Shown: positions 29,638 through 40,020, numbered from the stretch's first letter. The stretch: DNA of 64,000 nt from Bacteroidales bacterium (GCA_032250805.1 JAVVEM010000013.1:8268-72267); one strand, 5' to 3'. Program-made: numbers and translations. Notes: generated by a model not told the origin, from the letters alone.

Positions 29638-31665
29638 ATGTTAAGAAATGCGCTCCTCATAATCGTTCTGATCGTTCTGTCGGTAAGCGGCAGGGGGCAG
29701 ATCGCCGGGCATTATATGCACTGCCTCGTGGTACTCGATAATGGCGACGTGAGCATGGCCTGGGAGAAACCCGTTGATGAGGATACCTTTGTACGGTATT
29801 TCGTTGTCAGGTCAACGGCATCAAACCCAACCGCCTTCGATACCATTAAGGAGTACACTTTTTATGGGGATACGAGCTATGTTGACACACTGGCAACGGC
29901 AAATACACAACAGAACTTTTATTATATCATTACCGATCAGAGTGGTGCGCTTCCCGACATTTACTCTGATACCTTAAGCACGATCCACCTCAGGGTCGAC
30001 AACTCCGACAATCACCTGGCTGTTCTTGATTGGAACTCCGTTCATGATCCCTTGCCTGCAGGCTCTGATCTTTTGTACCGTATTATGCTGCTCAACGCTG
30101 ACAGTATTTACGAACCCATTGATTCTATTCCCGGCCTGCATTATGAATACCCTGTGCTTGTATGCCGTGCTGATCTGCGATTTCGCATAGAGATCGGAAA
30201 TGCGAACGGCTGCACTTCGGTTTCAAATAATTACTTTGCCACCTTTGCCGATACCGATTCCCCTCCCATGCCTGCGCTCGATTCTGTTAGTGTAAACCCC
30301 TATACCGGAGAAACAATTCTTGGATGGACGGAAAGCAGTGAAGGCGATGCCGGAGGCTATGTGGTCTACCATGCCCATACCACCAACGATACCCTTGATT
30401 TTATCGTTGGCAAAGAAAATACTTCCTATTCTGATGTTCTGGCCAATCCCTGTGAGGAGCCAAAAAGCTATGCCATTGCTGCTTTTGATACCTGTGGCAA
30501 CATCGGGCCGGGCACCTACGATATTCCACAGCGGACGATCCTTCTCAACGATATCGTTTTCAAGCCATGCGAAATGGCAAACTACATCAGCTGGACAGCC
30601 TATATCAACATGGAGCCATCACTGCAGGGCTACAGGCTTTACCTGAGTACCGGTAACGGGGCATTTGAGCTCCTTGCCGATCTCCCTGCCGGAACTCTTT
30701 CATATGAGCATACCGGATTGGAAACAACCCGCCAGTACCGTTATTTTGTCAGGGCCTACAGTGTGAACCACGAAGTGACCTCCTCTTCATGCATAAAAGA
30801 AAATACAACCTGGCAGTACCTTGAACCACTGGCCAACCGGCTCGATAATATTACCGTTGAAGGCAATGAGCTTGTTGCCATCACCATGCTGCCCGACACT
30901 TTTGCCTTCGTTCCCCAACTTAAGCTGTACCGTTCAGAAACTGCCTCCGGCCCATATGGCCTTATCGCCGAAATAGAGCCTCAGGGGGCTGATGTCCTCT
31001 ATTATGATGATCTTACGGCCGAAGTCAATAGCCAAAGTTATTATTATAAAAGTTCACTGGTCGATAGCTGTGGCAACGAAGTCCTGATGAGCCAGGCTAT
31101 GCGCACCATTCGCCTTACGGGTGAAAAAACAAACCCGCAAATGAATATGCTCAACTGGAATGCCTTTGAAGGATGGCCTGAGGGTGTTGAGAATTACGAA
31201 GTTTTCCGGGCCGTTGATCAGGATGGAGGCTTTGACCGAATCGGCACTACTGAGGCAAATAAACTGGATTTTGAAGATGATCTTTCTTCGCTTTCGGGTG
31301 AGTTTGGCATGCTCAGGTATCTGGTGCGGGCCCGCCGGATAAGCCAAACCGGTTATTTCAGCCATTCCAATGAGATCATTATAGAATATGCACCTGCCAT
31401 CATTTTACCGAATGCCTTTGCCCCGGAAGGCACCAACAAAGTTTTTAAACCCGCCGGAACTTTTGCCAGTTTTTCTGAATACCGCATGGATATCTATAAC
31501 CGCTGGGGCGAAATCCTCTTTACCAGTAAGGATTTCGGTACAGGCTGGGATGGCCGGCATAATGGCAGAATTGCTCCTGCCGGCGTCTATGTTTGCGTAA
31601 TTTTCTATCGCTCTGCCAAAGGCGCAACAGAGACCCTGAAAACAAGCTTTGTCCTTCTGCGATAA
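29638..31665 (+). CDS. Large secreted protein with Ig/FN3-like repeats and a T9SS type B (gliding-motility-associated, CHU_C-like) C-terminal sorting domain
   Basis: The start at 29638 gives the signal peptide MLRNALLIIVLIVLSVSG. The C-terminal ~90 aa (ILPNAFAPEGTNKVFKP...YRMDIYNRWGEILFTS...GWDGRHNGRIAPAGVYVCVIFY) match the type B CTD pattern. Confidence 0.8.
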   Translation: MLRNALLIIVLIVLSVSGRGQIAGHYMHCLVVLDNGDVSMAWEKPVDEDTFVRYFVVRSTASNPTAFDTIKEYTFYGDTSYVDTLATANTQQNFYYIITDQSGALPDIYSDTLSTIHLRVDNSDNHLAVLDWNSVHDPLPAGSDLLYRIMLLNADSIYEPIDSIPGLHYEYPVLVCRADLRFRIEIGNANGCTSVSNNYFATFADTDSPPMPALDSVSVNPYTGETILGWTESSEGDAGGYVVYHAHTTNDTLDFIVGKENTSYSDVLANPCEEPKSYAIAAFDTCGNIGPGTYDIPQRTILLNDIVFKPCEMANYISWTAYINMEPSLQGYRLYLSTGNGAFELLADLPAGTLSYEHTGLETTRQYRYFVRAYSVNHEVTSSSCIKENTTWQYLEPLANRLDNITVEGNELVAITMLPDTFAFVPQLKLYRSETASGPYGLIAEIEPQGADVLYYDDLTAEVNSQSYYYKSSLVDSCGNEVLMSQAMRTIRLTGEKTNPQMNMLNWNAFEGWPEGVENYEVFRAVDQDGGFDRIGTTEANKLDFEDDLSSLSGEFGMLRYLVRARRISQTGYFSHSNEIIIEYAPAIILPNAFAPEGTNKVFKPAGTFASFSEYRMDIYNRWGEILFTSKDFGTGWDGRHNGRIAPAGVYVCVIFYRSAKGATETLKTSFVLLR

Positions 31666-31723
31666 AGCCCGTTAACTTTAGTTATTATTAACATTATTTA
31701 ATATAGCTTTAGGCATTTTTTAA

Positions 31724-31731
31724 TACCTTTG
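31724..31731 (+). promoter_or_regulatory. Bacteroidota -7 promoter box (TACCTTTG) for guaB
   Basis: Matches TAnnTTTG, 20 nt upstream of the ATG at 31752. Confidence 0.5.
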
Positions 31732-31751
31732 CAGGTCAAAAATATCTTGTC

Positions 31752-33221
31752 ATGGATAAAGATTTCGAAAAGTTTACCGGTGAGGGCCTTACTTACGACG
31801 ACGTTTTGGTTTTGCCTTCATATTCTTCTGTCCTCCCGAGGGATGTCGATATTACGACCTATTTTTCCAGAAATATCCAGTTGAACATACCTATAGTAAC
31901 GGCGGCCATGGATACGGTTACCGAATCCAAGATGGCTATTGCCATTGCACAGGAGGGAGGTATAGGTGTGTTGCACAAGAACATGACCATTGAAGAACAG
32001 GCAAACGAAGTGAGGAAAGTTAAAAGGGCCGAAAACGGGATGATCCTTGACCCCATTACCCTGAATGAAGATGGTTTGGTAATCGATGCCCTGAATATCA
32101 TGAAAGAATATAACATTGGAGGCATTCCGGTGATCAACAGTAAAAAGGAACTTGTTGGGATCGTTACCAACCGCGATTTGCGCTTTGAAGATAATCCCGA
32201 CAGGCCCGTTACAGAAGTTATGACCCGGGAAAACCTTATCACTGTGCGGGAATTCATCGACTTTGAAAAAGCTGCAAGCATATTGCAGAAATACAGGATT
32301 GAGAAACTCCCTGTTGTTGATAAGAACAACCGTCTTGTTGGCCTGATCACATACAAGGATGTGATCAAGATCAAATCAAAGCCAAACGCTTTTAAGGATA
32401 ACAGGGGGCGCCTGCGTGCAGCCGCTGCCGTCGGCATCGCCTACAATACACCTGAACGGGCAGAGGCCCTGGTCGAGGCTGGCGTTGATGCCATCGTAAT
32501 AGATACGGCCCACAGCCATACCGAGGGCGTCATCACGATGGCCAAATTATTAAAGAAGAAATTTCCCGACATCGATCTCGTTGTGGGAAATATTGCCACC
32601 GCACAGGCCGCCCGCGACCTCAGAAATGCAGGCGTTGATGCCGTAAAAGTTGGAATCGGCCCCGGATCCATTTGCACAACCCGGGTTATTGCGGGTATAG
32701 GAGTGCCGCAACTAAGTGCCGTTTATGCCGTAGCCCGCGAACTAAAAGGATCCGGTATTCCTGTCATTGCCGATGGGGGCATACGCTATACAGGTGATAT
32801 TGTGAAAGCAATTGTGGCCGGAGCCTCGAGTATTATGGCGGGCTCACTCTTTGCCGGTGTTGATGAATCGCCCGGCGAAACGGTTATTTACGAAAGCAGG
32901 AAATATAAAACATACAGGGGGATGGGGTCAATAGAAGCAATGGAAAAGGGTTCGAAAGACCGTTATTACCAGGACACGGAAGATGATATAAAAAAGCTTG
33001 TGCCGGAAGGCATTGTCGGAAGGGTGCCATACAAAGGCATGCTTTCTGAAGTCATACATCAGATGGTGGGCGGCCTCAGGGCAGGAATGGGCTATACGGG
33101 CTCAAAAAATATAGCAGCTCTTTGGGATGCCCGCTTTATAAGGATAACGTCGGCCGGCGTTATCGAAAACCATCCCCACGATATCACAATAACAAAAGAA
33201 GCACCAAATTATAGCAGATAA
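31752..33221 (+). CDS. guaB: IMP dehydrogenase
   Basis: Contains LTYDDVLVLP, a CBS pair, the catalytic loop VGIGPGSICTTR, and IADGGIRYTGDIVKA. Confidence 0.97.
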   Translation: MDKDFEKFTGEGLTYDDVLVLPSYSSVLPRDVDITTYFSRNIQLNIPIVTAAMDTVTESKMAIAIAQEGGIGVLHKNMTIEEQANEVRKVKRAENGMILDPITLNEDGLVIDALNIMKEYNIGGIPVINSKKELVGIVTNRDLRFEDNPDRPVTEVMTRENLITVREFIDFEKAASILQKYRIEKLPVVDKNNRLVGLITYKDVIKIKSKPNAFKDNRGRLRAAAAVGIAYNTPERAEALVEAGVDAIVIDTAHSHTEGVITMAKLLKKKFPDIDLVVGNIATAQAARDLRNAGVDAVKVGIGPGSICTTRVIAGIGVPQLSAVYAVARELKGSGIPVIADGGIRYTGDIVKAIVAGASSIMAGSLFAGVDESPGETVIYESRKYKTYRGMGSIEAMEKGSKDRYYQDTEDDIKKLVPEGIVGRVPYKGMLSEVIHQMVGGLRAGMGYTGSKNIAALWDARFIRITSAGVIENHPHDITITKEAPNYSR

Positions 33222-33252
33222 ATTAAACCATTAACACTAATCAGTATCAAAA

Positions 33253-35286
33253 ATGAAAAGGTTTTTAGTGAAAGTATTTGTATTTATCCTTGCCGCATGT
33301 ATTCAGCTGAGCGCATGGACACAATCTGAAGATAACAGGGTTCTTATATCAATTGGCGATGAGGACATTACCGTTAGTGAATTTCTTAATGTGTACCAGA
33401 AAAATAATGTAAATACCGACCTGGCAGATAAAAAATCAATGGAAGAATACCTTGAATTGTATGTCAATTTCAGGTTAAAGGTAAAAGAAGCGCGCGACCT
33501 TGGCATGGATACAGCCAAAGCATTCATTGAAGAGCTTGCAGGATACAGAAAACAGCTCGCCGAACCGTATTTCAATGATCAGGAGGTCACCGACGAATTG
33601 CTTCAGGAAGCATACAACCGGCTCATGTACGATATCAGGGCAAGCCACATCCTGGTCAAGGTCGACGAAAATGCCTTGCCGGCAGATACCCTGAAAGCAT
33701 ATAATAAAATTATGGATGTCCGCAAGCGTTTGCTCGCGGGCGAAGACTTTGCAAGTGTTGCAGCAGAAGTATCGGATGATCCATCTGCACATGACAGACC
33801 CGCGCAGGGGCAAAGCCCGGCAAGAAAGGGAAACGGTGGTGACCTGGGTTATTTTACCGTTTTTGATATGGTGTATCCTTTCGAAACGGGTGCTTATTCA
33901 ACTCCTGTTGGTGAGATATCCATGCCGGTACGCACGGCCTACGGATACCATCTTATTAAGGTTACGGATAAACGTGAGGCACTCGGAAAAGCAACTGTAG
34001 CCCACCTTTATCTGGCACTCCCAAAAAATGCAAGCGCCCAGGATTCGGCCCGCAAAGAGCAGGAGATCAATGAGCTGTATCAAAGAATCGTGGATGGTGA
34101 AAAATTTGAAGAACTGGTTTTGCAATATTCCGACGATCGTGGTTCAAAGGAAAAGGGAGGATTGTTGCCCAGGTTCGGTTCGAACAGGATGGTCCCCGAA
34201 TTTATTGTTGCCGTGTCGGGTATCAAAGATTCTGCCGGAATTTCCAAGCCTGTGCTTACCTCTTTTGGCTGGCATATTCTCAAGCTTATCGACAGAAAAA
34301 AACCCGGTGACTACAAAGTTGAAGTGCTGGAACTCAAGCGCAGGATGTCCAAGGATGTGCGTGCAAACAAAAGCCGTGAAACAGTCATTAAACGCATTAA
34401 GACAGAGAATGGATTTAAAGAATATCCCGAAAACCTCAACGACCTGAAAGAAGCCATCGACAGCTCATTCCTGGCTGCTGAATGGAGTGCCGAAAAGGTA
34501 TCGCACATGAATAAAAAAATATTCCAGCTGGGCAAGGAAAAATATACGCAGCATGATTTTGGCCAATATCTTGAAAATATGCAGAAAAGACGTGCTACTG
34601 CTGCCTTTGAACCTTTTTTCTTTGACCAGTACCATGATTTTGTGAATGAAAAATGTATTCAATTGAAAGATTCACAGTTGGAAAAACAATATCCTGAATT
34701 CAGGATGCTTATGAATGAATACCGCGACGGGATATTGCTTTTTAATCTTACCGACGAACGCGTTTGGAGCAAAGCTGTGCAGGATACAGCTGGTTTGAAG
34801 GAGTTTTATGAAAGTAACCGCAAGCAGTATATGTGGGATGAAAGGATTGAAGCCGACCTGGTCATCATAAACGATCCTGCCATGGAAGCTGATGTGAGGA
34901 GACTGATCTCGCGGTCGATGGCCCGGGAGCAAAGCTATGCCGAACAAGGCCTTGATACCATGGAACAGGTGAGCATTAAGAGCGGAATTTTTGCCAAAGG
35001 CGATAATGATTTTGTTGATCAGCTCGACTGGAATACAATTGGCCAGACCGAAGCAAGGAACCTTGCCGACTTTAATGCACTTTACGACGGGAAGCAACAC
35101 AACGAAAATTCGCTCATCTTTGCCGTTATCCATAAGGTGATAGCGCCTGAGCCCAAAGCCCTTAACGAAGCAAGAGGAATAATTACCTCTGATTATCAAA
35201 ATTATCTGGAAAAGGAATGGGTGCGGAAATTAAAAGAAACTTATCCAGTAGAAATACATGAGGAAGTATTTGAAGATATTCAATAA
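33253..35286 (+). CDS. Periplasmic parvulin-type peptidyl-prolyl isomerase/chaperone (PpiD/SurA-like, two parvulin domains)
   Basis: It has a signal peptide and two rotamase cores: GGDLGYF...AYGYHLIKV and GGLLPRF...SFGWHILKL. Confidence 0.8.
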   Translation: MKRFLVKVFVFILAACIQLSAWTQSEDNRVLISIGDEDITVSEFLNVYQKNNVNTDLADKKSMEEYLELYVNFRLKVKEARDLGMDTAKAFIEELAGYRKQLAEPYFNDQEVTDELLQEAYNRLMYDIRASHILVKVDENALPADTLKAYNKIMDVRKRLLAGEDFASVAAEVSDDPSAHDRPAQGQSPARKGNGGDLGYFTVFDMVYPFETGAYSTPVGEISMPVRTAYGYHLIKVTDKREALGKATVAHLYLALPKNASAQDSARKEQEINELYQRIVDGEKFEELVLQYSDDRGSKEKGGLLPRFGSNRMVPEFIVAVSGIKDSAGISKPVLTSFGWHILKLIDRKKPGDYKVEVLELKRRMSKDVRANKSRETVIKRIKTENGFKEYPENLNDLKEAIDSSFLAAEWSAEKVSHMNKKIFQLGKEKYTQHDFGQYLENMQKRRATAAFEPFFFDQYHDFVNEKCIQLKDSQLEKQYPEFRMLMNEYRDGILLFNLTDERVWSKAVQDTAGLKEFYESNRKQYMWDERIEADLVIINDPAMEADVRRLISRSMAREQSYAEQGLDTMEQVSIKSGIFAKGDNDFVDQLDWNTIGQTEARNLADFNALYDGKQHNENSLIFAVIHKVIAPEPKALNEARGIITSDYQNYLEKEWVRKLKETYPVEIHEEVFEDIQ

Positions 35287-36136
35287 GCATTACCGGAAAT
35301 GTTTGCTCGCTCTGGGCCTTGGGTCATTGCTGGTATCCTGTAATCCTGTTGGGAATACAGGCTCGGGCGATGTTCTCGTAAGGGTTTATGATAAATATCT
35401 TTATGCTTCTGATCTGGAAGGTGTTGTGCCGCCAGGCCTGTCGGTGCGCGATAGCCTTACCATGGTTCGTACCTTTATCCAGAATTGGGTCGATAATGAG
35501 CTGATCATCAAAAAAGCAGAAGAAAACCTGCCGGATGAACGAAAAGATTTCTCCGATGAGTTGAATGAATACCGGAACAGCCTGATAATTTACGAATATG
35601 AAAAAATGCTCGTGCAGCAACAACTTGATACTGTTGTTTCACTCGATGCAATATCAAAATACTATCTGCAGCACCGGAATAATTTTACTTTATCGAACGA
35701 TGTTGTAGTAATGAAATACCTCACACTTTATCCCGCTTCGCCTGCAGTATCAGAGCTCAGGCAATATATCCGGTCAGATGAACTTGCCGACAAGGATTCG
35801 CTGGCGCTGTATTGCAGTAAATATGCACTGGATTTCAGCCTGTTCGAAGACCGCTGGCTCAGTATTGAAGAGTTGAAAGAACTGGTTCCTGTTGATGATT
35901 ATAATTATGAATTGTTCATGGCTGGGGAGCGGTACTATGAGTTGAATGATACTGATTTAATTTATATGATAAGATTTATAGACTATAAACCGGCTGATAG
36001 TATTGCACCTGTTGGAGTTGTTGAAAATGATATCAGGGAGATGATCCTGAATAAGCGAAAAAACAACCTGATCAGGAACATGCAGCAAACAGTGCTGAAG
36101 GATGCCATTGAACATAATCAGGTGGAGATTTTTTAG
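35258..36136 (+). CDS. Lipoprotein of unknown function located between two PPIase genes (possible SurA-N-like chaperone module)
   Basis: It has a lipobox (LGSLLVSC) and no parvulin core. It overlaps the upstream gene by 29 nt. Confidence 0.5.
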   Translation: MRKYLKIFNKHYRKCLLALGLGSLLVSCNPVGNTGSGDVLVRVYDKYLYASDLEGVVPPGLSVRDSLTMVRTFIQNWVDNELIIKKAEENLPDERKDFSDELNEYRNSLIIYEYEKMLVQQQLDTVVSLDAISKYYLQHRNNFTLSNDVVVMKYLTLYPASPAVSELRQYIRSDELADKDSLALYCSKYALDFSLFEDRWLSIEELKELVPVDDYNYELFMAGERYYELNDTDLIYMIRFIDYKPADSIAPVGVVENDIREMILNKRKNNLIRNMQQTVLKDAIEHNQVEIF

Positions 36137-36169
36137 TCATACAATAATCCGCCCTCTGTTCTTGTTTTA

Positions 36170-37549
36170 ATGATGTATATTGAATTAAAAAATATGATAA
36201 ATCGCACCTTATTCGCCACCATACTTATGTTTGTCCTGGGCACGGCCCTGCAGGCCCAGCAGGAAAAGATCATCGACCAGGTAGTGGCTGTTGTCGGTAA
36301 AAATATTATTCTTGAATCTGATATCGAAAACCAGTATTACCAGTACCGCATGCAAAGCGGCTCAATCTCTGGTGGAAGCTCGGTTCGTTGCCAGTTCCTC
36401 GAAACGGTGCTTTTTCAAAAATTACTGCTCAACAAGGCTGAAATCGATTCAATCGAAATTACCGACTCACAAATTCAGCAAACCATGGATCAGCGTCTTC
36501 GATATTTTATCGCCCAGCTTGGGTCGCGCGAAAGGTTTGAAGAATATTACGGTAAATCAATCGAGGAGTTCAAAAATGAGTTTCGTGAAGAAATTGAAAA
36601 TCAGCTCAAGGTGGAAGAAGCTCAACGTACGATAGTTGAAAATGTGGCTGTTACACCTTCGGAAGTGAAGGCTTTCTTTAAAAATATACCCGAAGACAGC
36701 ATACCGCTCGTAAATTCTACGGTTGAAATTGGGGAACTGATCCTGAAACCACCCATCAGCCTCGAGCAGAAGCTGGCTATCAAAGACCGCCTGCGAGAGC
36801 TGAGGCAGCGGGTCAAGGACGGGGAAAGTTTTGCCACCCTGGCCATCCTGTATTCAGAAGACCCCGGTTCTGCAAGTAAAGGGGGTGAACTGGGCTTTTA
36901 CGGCCGTGGTGAACTATATAAGGAGTTCGAAGCAGTGGCATTCAAACTCGAAGAAGAAGAGGTTCCGGAAATTGTTGAAACAGAGGCCGGATTTCATATC
37001 ATCCAGCTGATCGAGCGCAAAGGTGAATACGTGAATGTACGCCATATATTGCTCAAAACAAAAGTGTCGCCCCTTGCCCTTGCAAAAGCAAAGGCCAGGC
37101 TTGACACGGTGGCCGGGCTGATAAAATCAGATTCGCTAAGCTGGGACGAGGCCGTGCTTCAGTTTTCCGACAGTGAAAACAAAAATAGTGGAGGCTTGCT
37201 GATCAATCCTAAAACCGGAACGACAGGCTTTGAGGTTGCCGACCTCGACCCTCAGGTATCTTTTGTGATCAATAAACTTAAGGTTGGTGAAGTTTCTTCG
37301 CCTGTGCTTGTCGAAACCGAGGACGGAAAGCAGGCATACAGATTGCTTTACCTCAAAAAAAGGACCTTGCCCCACAGGGCAAACCTTCGCGAAGACTATA
37401 ACCAGATACAGAATTGGGCCCTGATGGAAAAACAATCAAAGGTTTTTAAGGAATGGGTCGATAAGAAGGTTAAAAAGACCTATGTGAAGATAAATGATAA
37501 ATTCAGGGATTGTGAATTCGAGTATGATTGGTTTGCCAAAAGCAAGTGA
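36170..37549 (+). CDS. surA: SurA-type periplasmic chaperone/peptidyl-prolyl isomerase
   Basis: A signal peptide (alternative start 36194, MINRTLF...) and a SurA-N-like region precede two parvulin cores, GGELGFY...EAGFHIIQL and a degenerate second one (GGLLINP...YRLLYL). Confidence 0.7.
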   Translation: MMYIELKNMINRTLFATILMFVLGTALQAQQEKIIDQVVAVVGKNIILESDIENQYYQYRMQSGSISGGSSVRCQFLETVLFQKLLLNKAEIDSIEITDSQIQQTMDQRLRYFIAQLGSRERFEEYYGKSIEEFKNEFREEIENQLKVEEAQRTIVENVAVTPSEVKAFFKNIPEDSIPLVNSTVEIGELILKPPISLEQKLAIKDRLRELRQRVKDGESFATLAILYSEDPGSASKGGELGFYGRGELYKEFEAVAFKLEEEEVPEIVETEAGFHIIQLIERKGEYVNVRHILLKTKVSPLALAKAKARLDTVAGLIKSDSLSWDEAVLQFSDSENKNSGGLLINPKTGTTGFEVADLDPQVSFVINKLKVGEVSSPVLVETEDGKQAYRLLYLKKRTLPHRANLREDYNQIQNWALMEKQSKVFKEWVDKKVKKTYVKINDKFRDCEFEYDWFAKSK

Positions 37550-37572
37550 TCATCCCGAATAAAAAATATATT

Positions 37573-38550
37573 ATGAAAGAACTTTATAGATCAGATGTTG
37601 AAGCGGTTGACGCCCTGGTAGAGAAATATAATTTGCTCAGAAGAGAGATTGCCAAGGTTATCGTAGGACAGGACGATGTTATTGAGAGCGTGATCATATC
37701 TATTTTCAGCAAGGGTCATGCCTTACTCGTTGGTGTGCCGGGTCTTGCAAAAACCTTATTGGTAAATACCATCGCCAGGGCGCTGGACCTTAGTTACAGC
37801 AGGATACAATTCACCCCCGACCTGATGCCTTCCGATATCATCGGTACAGAGATTCTTGACGAGAACAGGGCCTTCAGGTTTATTAACGGGCCGGTTTTTG
37901 CCAATATCATCCTGGCGGATGAGATCAACCGTACACCTCCCAAAACACAGGCCGCCCTGCTTGAGGCCATGCAGGAAAAAGCCATCACTGTTGCTGGAAA
38001 GAATTATAAGCTCGGTGAACCATTTTTTGTACTGGCAACACAGAACCCTATCGAGCAGGAAGGAACCTATCCGCTCCCCGAAGCACAACTCGACAGGTTT
38101 ATGTTTAATATTTGGCTCGATTATCCTTCATTTAAGGAGGAAGTTGATGTGGTCAGGAATACGACCACCTCTGTTATGGCAACACCTGAGGTTGTGATCC
38201 ATGCCGAAGAGATCATATATTTTCAGGACCTTGTACGGAAGATCCCGGTTCCTGACAATGTGTATGAATATGCGGTAAACCTGGCTTCAATGACGCGGCC
38301 TGCAACTGCCGGTGCACATAAACTGGCCAATGATTACCTGAACTGGGGCGCTGGTCCAAGGGCTTCACAGTATATGATCCTCGGGGCAAAATGTCATGCA
38401 GCACTGCACGGAAAATACTCGCCTGATATAGAAGATGTCAATGCCATTGCCACTTCGGTGCTGAGGCATCGCATTGTGCGAAATTATAAAGCTGAAGCCG
38501 AAGGCATGTCAGTAGAAAAGATCATTAATGAACTTACGGATATAAAATAA
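37573..38550 (+). CDS. MoxR-family AAA+ ATPase
   Basis: Walker A GVPGLAKT, Walker B ILADEINR, and the MoxR-typical VLATQNPIEQEGTYPLPEAQLDRF. Start taken at MKELYRSD. Confidence 0.9.
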   Translation: MKELYRSDVEAVDALVEKYNLLRREIAKVIVGQDDVIESVIISIFSKGHALLVGVPGLAKTLLVNTIARALDLSYSRIQFTPDLMPSDIIGTEILDENRAFRFINGPVFANIILADEINRTPPKTQAALLEAMQEKAITVAGKNYKLGEPFFVLATQNPIEQEGTYPLPEAQLDRFMFNIWLDYPSFKEEVDVVRNTTTSVMATPEVVIHAEEIIYFQDLVRKIPVPDNVYEYAVNLASMTRPATAGAHKLANDYLNWGAGPRASQYMILGAKCHAALHGKYSPDIEDVNAIATSVLRHRIVRNYKAEAEGMSVEKIINELTDIK

Positions 38551-38568
38551 ACGAATAAGAACTGCATT

Positions 38569-40020
38569 ATGAAAAAGTACCGGATATACATTGGTGTTAT
38601 AGTGATCATACTTGTGCTGGTCCTGCTGTATGTGTTTTTTGGGAATTCAAAATCCACTGTTGAAACAATTGAGGTTCCGGTTAAACAGGGAACCTTCGAG
38701 ATCCATGTTTCCACTTCCGGTGAACTGGAAGCAAAAAGTTCTGAAAAGATCCTTGGCCCTTCCGGATTAAGAAATTTCCGCATCTGGAATGTTAAGATCG
38801 AAGATATTGTGCCTGATGGAACAGTTTTGGATTCGGGCGATTATGTTGCTACCCTCGACAGGTCGGAGTTAACAAATCGCCTGAAAGATGTTGAACTTGA
38901 TCTGGAATCACTGGAAACACAGTTCACGCAAACACAACTCGACACCACCATGGATCTGCGCAATGCCCGCGACGAACTGGTGAACCTTGAATATAACCTC
39001 GAAGAAAGGCAGATTGCCGTCGACCAGTCGATTTACGAGCCTCCGGCCACCCAGCGCCAGGCCAGGATCGACCTCGACAAGGCAAAGCGGGCCTACGAGC
39101 AGGCCGTTGAGAATTACCAGCTTAAACTCCGGAAAGCAAAAGCAAACATGGCAGAGGTGATCACCAAAAGAAGAAAAGCACAAAATGAGTACCAGGATAT
39201 GCTCAACCTGCTCGATCAATTTACTGTGTATGCTCCAAAGTCGGGTATGGTCATCTACCGGCGTAGCTGGGACGGTCAGAAACAGGGAATAGGGGCAACT
39301 GTGAATGCCTGGGAACCTATTGTTGCAGAGCTTCCCAACCTCAGGGAGATGAAATCCCGTACCTACGTGAATGAGATTGATATCAGCAAAGTCAAGGTTG
39401 GACAGGATGTTATCGTTGGCGTTGATGCTTTCCCCGACAATGAGTATACCGGAGTAGTTACAGAAGTTGCCAATATTGGTGAGCAATTGCGAAACTCCAA
39501 TGCCAAAGTGTTTGAGGTTTTTATCGAAGTAAATGAGTTTGATTCCATATTGCGTCCGGCCATGACAACTAAAAATATGATCATAACAGATGTGATCGAT
39601 AGTGTATTGTATGTGCCGATTGAATGTATTCACAGCAACGACAGCCTGTCGTATGTTTATCGTGGCAGATACAAACAACAGGTGATCCTTGGCAAGACCA
39701 ATGAAAATGAGATCATCATCAGGGCCGGTCTGGAGAAAGGCGACAACATCTATCTTGTGCCACCCGAAGGTGCTCAGGATTTTACGCTGATCGAGCTTGA
39801 TACTGCCATTGTGAATCATTTTAACAGGATCGATGCCGCCGAAAAGGGAAATAATTCAAAAGGAGAGGAAAAAGAGCTTAGCCCGGAAGAATTGCGTGAA
39901 AAGCTAAAGAATATGAGCCAGGAGGAAAGAATGAAGTATATACAGGAACATCCTGAGCTTCTGAAGCAAATGGAAGGTTTGAAAGGCCGGAAAGCCGGCG
40001 GTGGCCGGCCGGGCAGGTAA
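38569..40020 (+). CDS. HlyD/MFP-family periplasmic efflux adaptor with a Lys/Glu-rich C-terminal tail
   Basis: It has an N-terminal TM, a long coiled-coil hairpin (LDLESLETQFTQTQLD...KAKRAYEQAVENYQLKLRKAKANMAE), and beta-barrel and MP-domain-like regions. The last ~65 aa are low-complexity (EKGNNSKGEEKELSPEELREKLKNMSQEERMKYIQEHPELLKQMEGLKGRKAGGGRPGR). Confidence 0.8.
   Translation: MKKYRIYIGVIVIILVLVLLYVFFGNSKSTVETIEVPVKQGTFEIHVSTSGELEAKSSEKILGPSGLRNFRIWNVKIEDIVPDGTVLDSGDYVATLDRSELTNRLKDVELDLESLETQFTQTQLDTTMDLRNARDELVNLEYNLEERQIAVDQSIYEPPATQRQARIDLDKAKRAYEQAVENYQLKLRKAKANMAEVITKRRKAQNEYQDMLNLLDQFTVYAPKSGMVIYRRSWDGQKQGIGATVNAWEPIVAELPNLREMKSRTYVNEIDISKVKVGQDVIVGVDAFPDNEYTGVVTEVANIGEQLRNSNAKVFEVFIEVNEFDSILRPAMTTKNMIITDVIDSVLYVPIECIHSNDSLSYVYRGRYKQQVILGKTNENEIIIRAGLEKGDNIYLVPPEGAQDFTLIELDTAIVNHFNRIDAAEKGNNSKGEEKELSPEELREKLKNMSQEERMKYIQEHPELLKQMEGLKGRKAGGGRPGR

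Noticed and set aside
38908-39819. 303-aa ORF on the minus strand
   Set aside because: It is antisense to the HlyD-family adaptor gene and has no motif or signal sequence. Long antisense frames like this are common opposite coiled-coil-rich genes.
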